Assembly: GCF_048593235.1 (NCBI RefSeq)
Contig: NC_133619.1
Location: forward strand, 589,179,963-589,243,962
Direction: 5' to 3'
Length of the DNA stretch: 64,000 nt
Source: Sminthopsis crassicaudata
Taxonomy: Eukaryota
Below are positions 61,567 through 64,000 of the stretch, in pieces. Each line of letters begins with the position of its first letter. Position 1 is the stretch's first letter. Position numbers and translations under genes: made by a program. The notes beneath the pieces are model-generated. The model saw only the letters and a list, made by a program, of their open reading frames with translations. It ran no database searches and was not told where the DNA came from.

Positions 61567-62732
61567 TTCTATTCTTTTTTAAAATTAATTTTATAATTAT
61601 AGCATTTTTTACAACATTATCCCTTGTACTCCCTTCTGTTCCGAATTTTCCTCTCCTTCCCTCCACCCCCTCCCTTAGATGGCAGGCATTCCCATACATA
61701 TTAAATATGTTATAGTATATCCTAGATACAATATATGTGTGCAGAACCAAAAAAATTTTTTTTTTTTTTTTTTTTGTTGTTGTTGTTGCAAAGGAAGAAT
61801 TGGATTTGGAAGGTAAAAATAACCTGGGGAGAAAAACAAAAAATGCAAGCAGTTTACACTCATTTCCCAGTGTTCCTTCTCTGGGTGTAGCTGATTCTGT
61901 CCATCATTAATCAATTGGAATTGGATTAGCTCTTCTCTGTGTTGAAGAAATCCACTTCCATCAGCATACATCCTCGTACAGTATCATTGTTGAAATGTAT
62001 AATGATCTTCTGGTTCTGCTCGTTTCACTCAGCATCAGTTGATGTAAGTCTCTCCAGGCCTCTCTGTATTTCTCCTGTTGGTCATTCCTTATAGAACAAT
62101 AATATTCCATAACATTCATATACCATAGTTTACCCAACCATTCTCCAATTGATGGACATCCATTCATCTTCCAGCTTCTAGCCACTATGAAAAGGGCTGC
62201 CACAAACATTTTGGCACATACAGGTCCCTTTCCCTTCTTTAGTAGTTCCTTGGGGTATAAGCCCAGTAGTAGTATGGCTGGGTCAAAGGGTATGCACATT
62301 TTGATAACTTTTTGGGCATAATTCCAGATTGCTCTCCAGAATGGTTGGATTCTTTCACAACTCCACCAACAATGCATCAGTGTCCCAGTTTTCCCACATC
62401 CCCTCCAACATTCATCGTTATTTTTTCCTGTCATCTTAGCCAATCTGACAGGTGTGTAGTGGTATCTCAGAGTTGTCTTAATTTGCATTTCTCTGATCAA
62501 TAGTGATTTGGAACACTGTTTTATATGAGTAGAAATAGTTTCAATTTCATTATCTGAAAATTGTCTGTTCATATCCTTTGACCACTTATGAATTGGAGAA
62601 TGGCTTGATTTCTTATAAATTAGGGTCAATTCTCTGTATATTTTGGAGATGAGGTCTTTATTAGAACCTTTAACTGTAAAAATGTTTTTCCAATTTGTTA
62701 CTTCCCTTCTAATCTTGTTTGCATTAGTTTTG
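61567..62732 (-). mobile_element. Young 5'-truncated L1 (ORF2 C-terminus plus 3' UTR)
   Basis: Open ORF2 C-terminus including CWRGCGKTGTLMHCWWSC, with a 14-bp TSD TAAACATGACTTTT at 61553-61566 and 62733-62746. Confidence 0.95.
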
Positions 62733-64000
62733 TAAACATGACTTTTATATGCATGGGTACTCACTTTATTTCTATGTGTTTGAATCAAACAATAGAAACA
62801 CAAATCAAACATAGAAAACACATGTTTCTGAAATAGATTTAGGCTATTATTATGGAAACATCCCTCTCTTTCCCAAATATATGATACATAGTTTAGATTT
62901 AAAGGAACACATCCTGCAAGGGAGCAATGGGAGATGACAAAATACATGAAAATGTGGGAGGGAGATAGAAAGGGGAGGGAAGTGGGAGAGTATGAAGCAT
63001 ATATAATATAAAACAAACAAACAATGGGCTTTGAGATTGAAGAACCTTGAGATGAAATCCTGTTTCTTATGACAAACTTTTTACATCCTGGCCCCAACCT
63101 ACCTTTCCAACATTATTATTATATGTTATTCTATTCTATTATACTATTATACATAATTCCCCTTCTCTATGGTCGAACATGCCTGCACCCTTGCTATTCT
63201 TCATATATGTTCTTCCATCTCCATCCTTTGTTTTGCCTGTCTTCATGCCTGGAATACACTCTTTCTCTTCAACTACTGCTTCTAAGAATACTTATCTTTC
63301 TTTGATACTTTGGTCAATCATTACCTTTTAAGTAAAGTCTCCTTTACCTCCTGAATTTACTTTGAATTTATTCTGTATACACTTAGCAAATTACATATCA
63401 TCTCCTCTTCTAGAGTATAAGTTCTTGGAGGGCAGAGAATGTTTCATTTTTGTCTTTGTATACCTGGTGGTAACATAATACCCAGCATGTAAATGAGGTG
63501 TTTAATAAATGCTTATTGATTGCTTGCTGCTATGCAATCACATGTAAATCACCTTTCTGAGCCTCAGTTTCTTAATCTGCCAAAGACTATTAATTTCAAA
63601 GGATTCTTCTGAGACTCTAAGGATATTAATGTATGTAAAGTGCTTTGTAAAACTTTAAAACCCAATATAAATGTCAGTTATTATGATGATGATGGATTTC
63701 TTTCTCTAGAGCCTTTAAAAGCAGGAAGAAATTTTCATCTGTCTGGAAAGTATTAAGAACTGACTGTCTTGCCCAAAAATAAGGTAATGAGAAAAAAATC
63801 TAACATTTCAAGGTTGCTTATAGCCAGCGGGCATCTTGAACTTGGTCTACTATCCAAATTTCCCTAGTGAGATTCTCAAGTGTTTTGGACTTCTCTTTTC
63901 ACCACTTCTCTCCCCCAACATTTTGCATGGACAAACAGCCACCAGTTATTTATCTGCACATGACTTTGTCATTTTTTCTTCATGGTTTAGTTCTAGTGTC

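Larger units (their letters stand above)
60797..62775 (+). mobile_element. Tigger1-derived non-autonomous DNA transposon (Tigger1a_Mars-like), containing an N gap and split by an L1
   Basis: 5' end follows the Tigger1 consensus (atacctcattttact...aaattgaagatttatggcaac) and jumps to the Tigger1 3' end (ggcaaacttcattactgtcttattttaagaaa). It resumes after the L1 with acttttatatgca. Confidence 0.8.

Noticed and set aside
61961-63097. 378-aa ORF as a novel gene
   Set aside because: The C-terminal ~250 aa are L1 ORF2, and the N-terminal part is flanking sequence beyond the TSD that happens to be open.

Overview
Marsupial genomic DNA, probably from an Australian dasyurid (WSINE1-like SINEs, an OC1-type MITE and a dasyurid-style L1 3' end). 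The window is syntenic with the human OSCP1-MRPS15-CSF3R block, and all three genes lie on the minus strand. It holds the 5' end of OSCP1 (exon 1 plus a 30-nt micro-exon), a complete 8-exon MRPS15 (241 aa), and a complete CSF3R (15 coding exons, 862 aa) with its promoter. The most unusual element is a 3.8-kb non-autonomous betaretrovirus-like ERV in OSCP1 intron 1 (7880-11668). It has two apparently identical 564-bp LTRs, a 6-bp TSD and a tRNA-Lys PBS, but no recognisable gag or RT. Instead it carries an intact orphan 337-aa ORF (coiled coils, one TM helix and a possible degenerate dUTPase-like C-terminus), followed by a second internal PPT copy, a T-rich tract and splice acceptor, integrase and env remnants, and a 49-bp tandem array where most of env should be. 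The rest is a typical marsupial repeat landscape (L1, L2, L3/CR1, MIR/Mar SINEs, hAT and Tigger relics), two GC-rich intron-1 minisatellites and two N gaps. All identifications come from manual reading and recall of family sequences; no searches were run.
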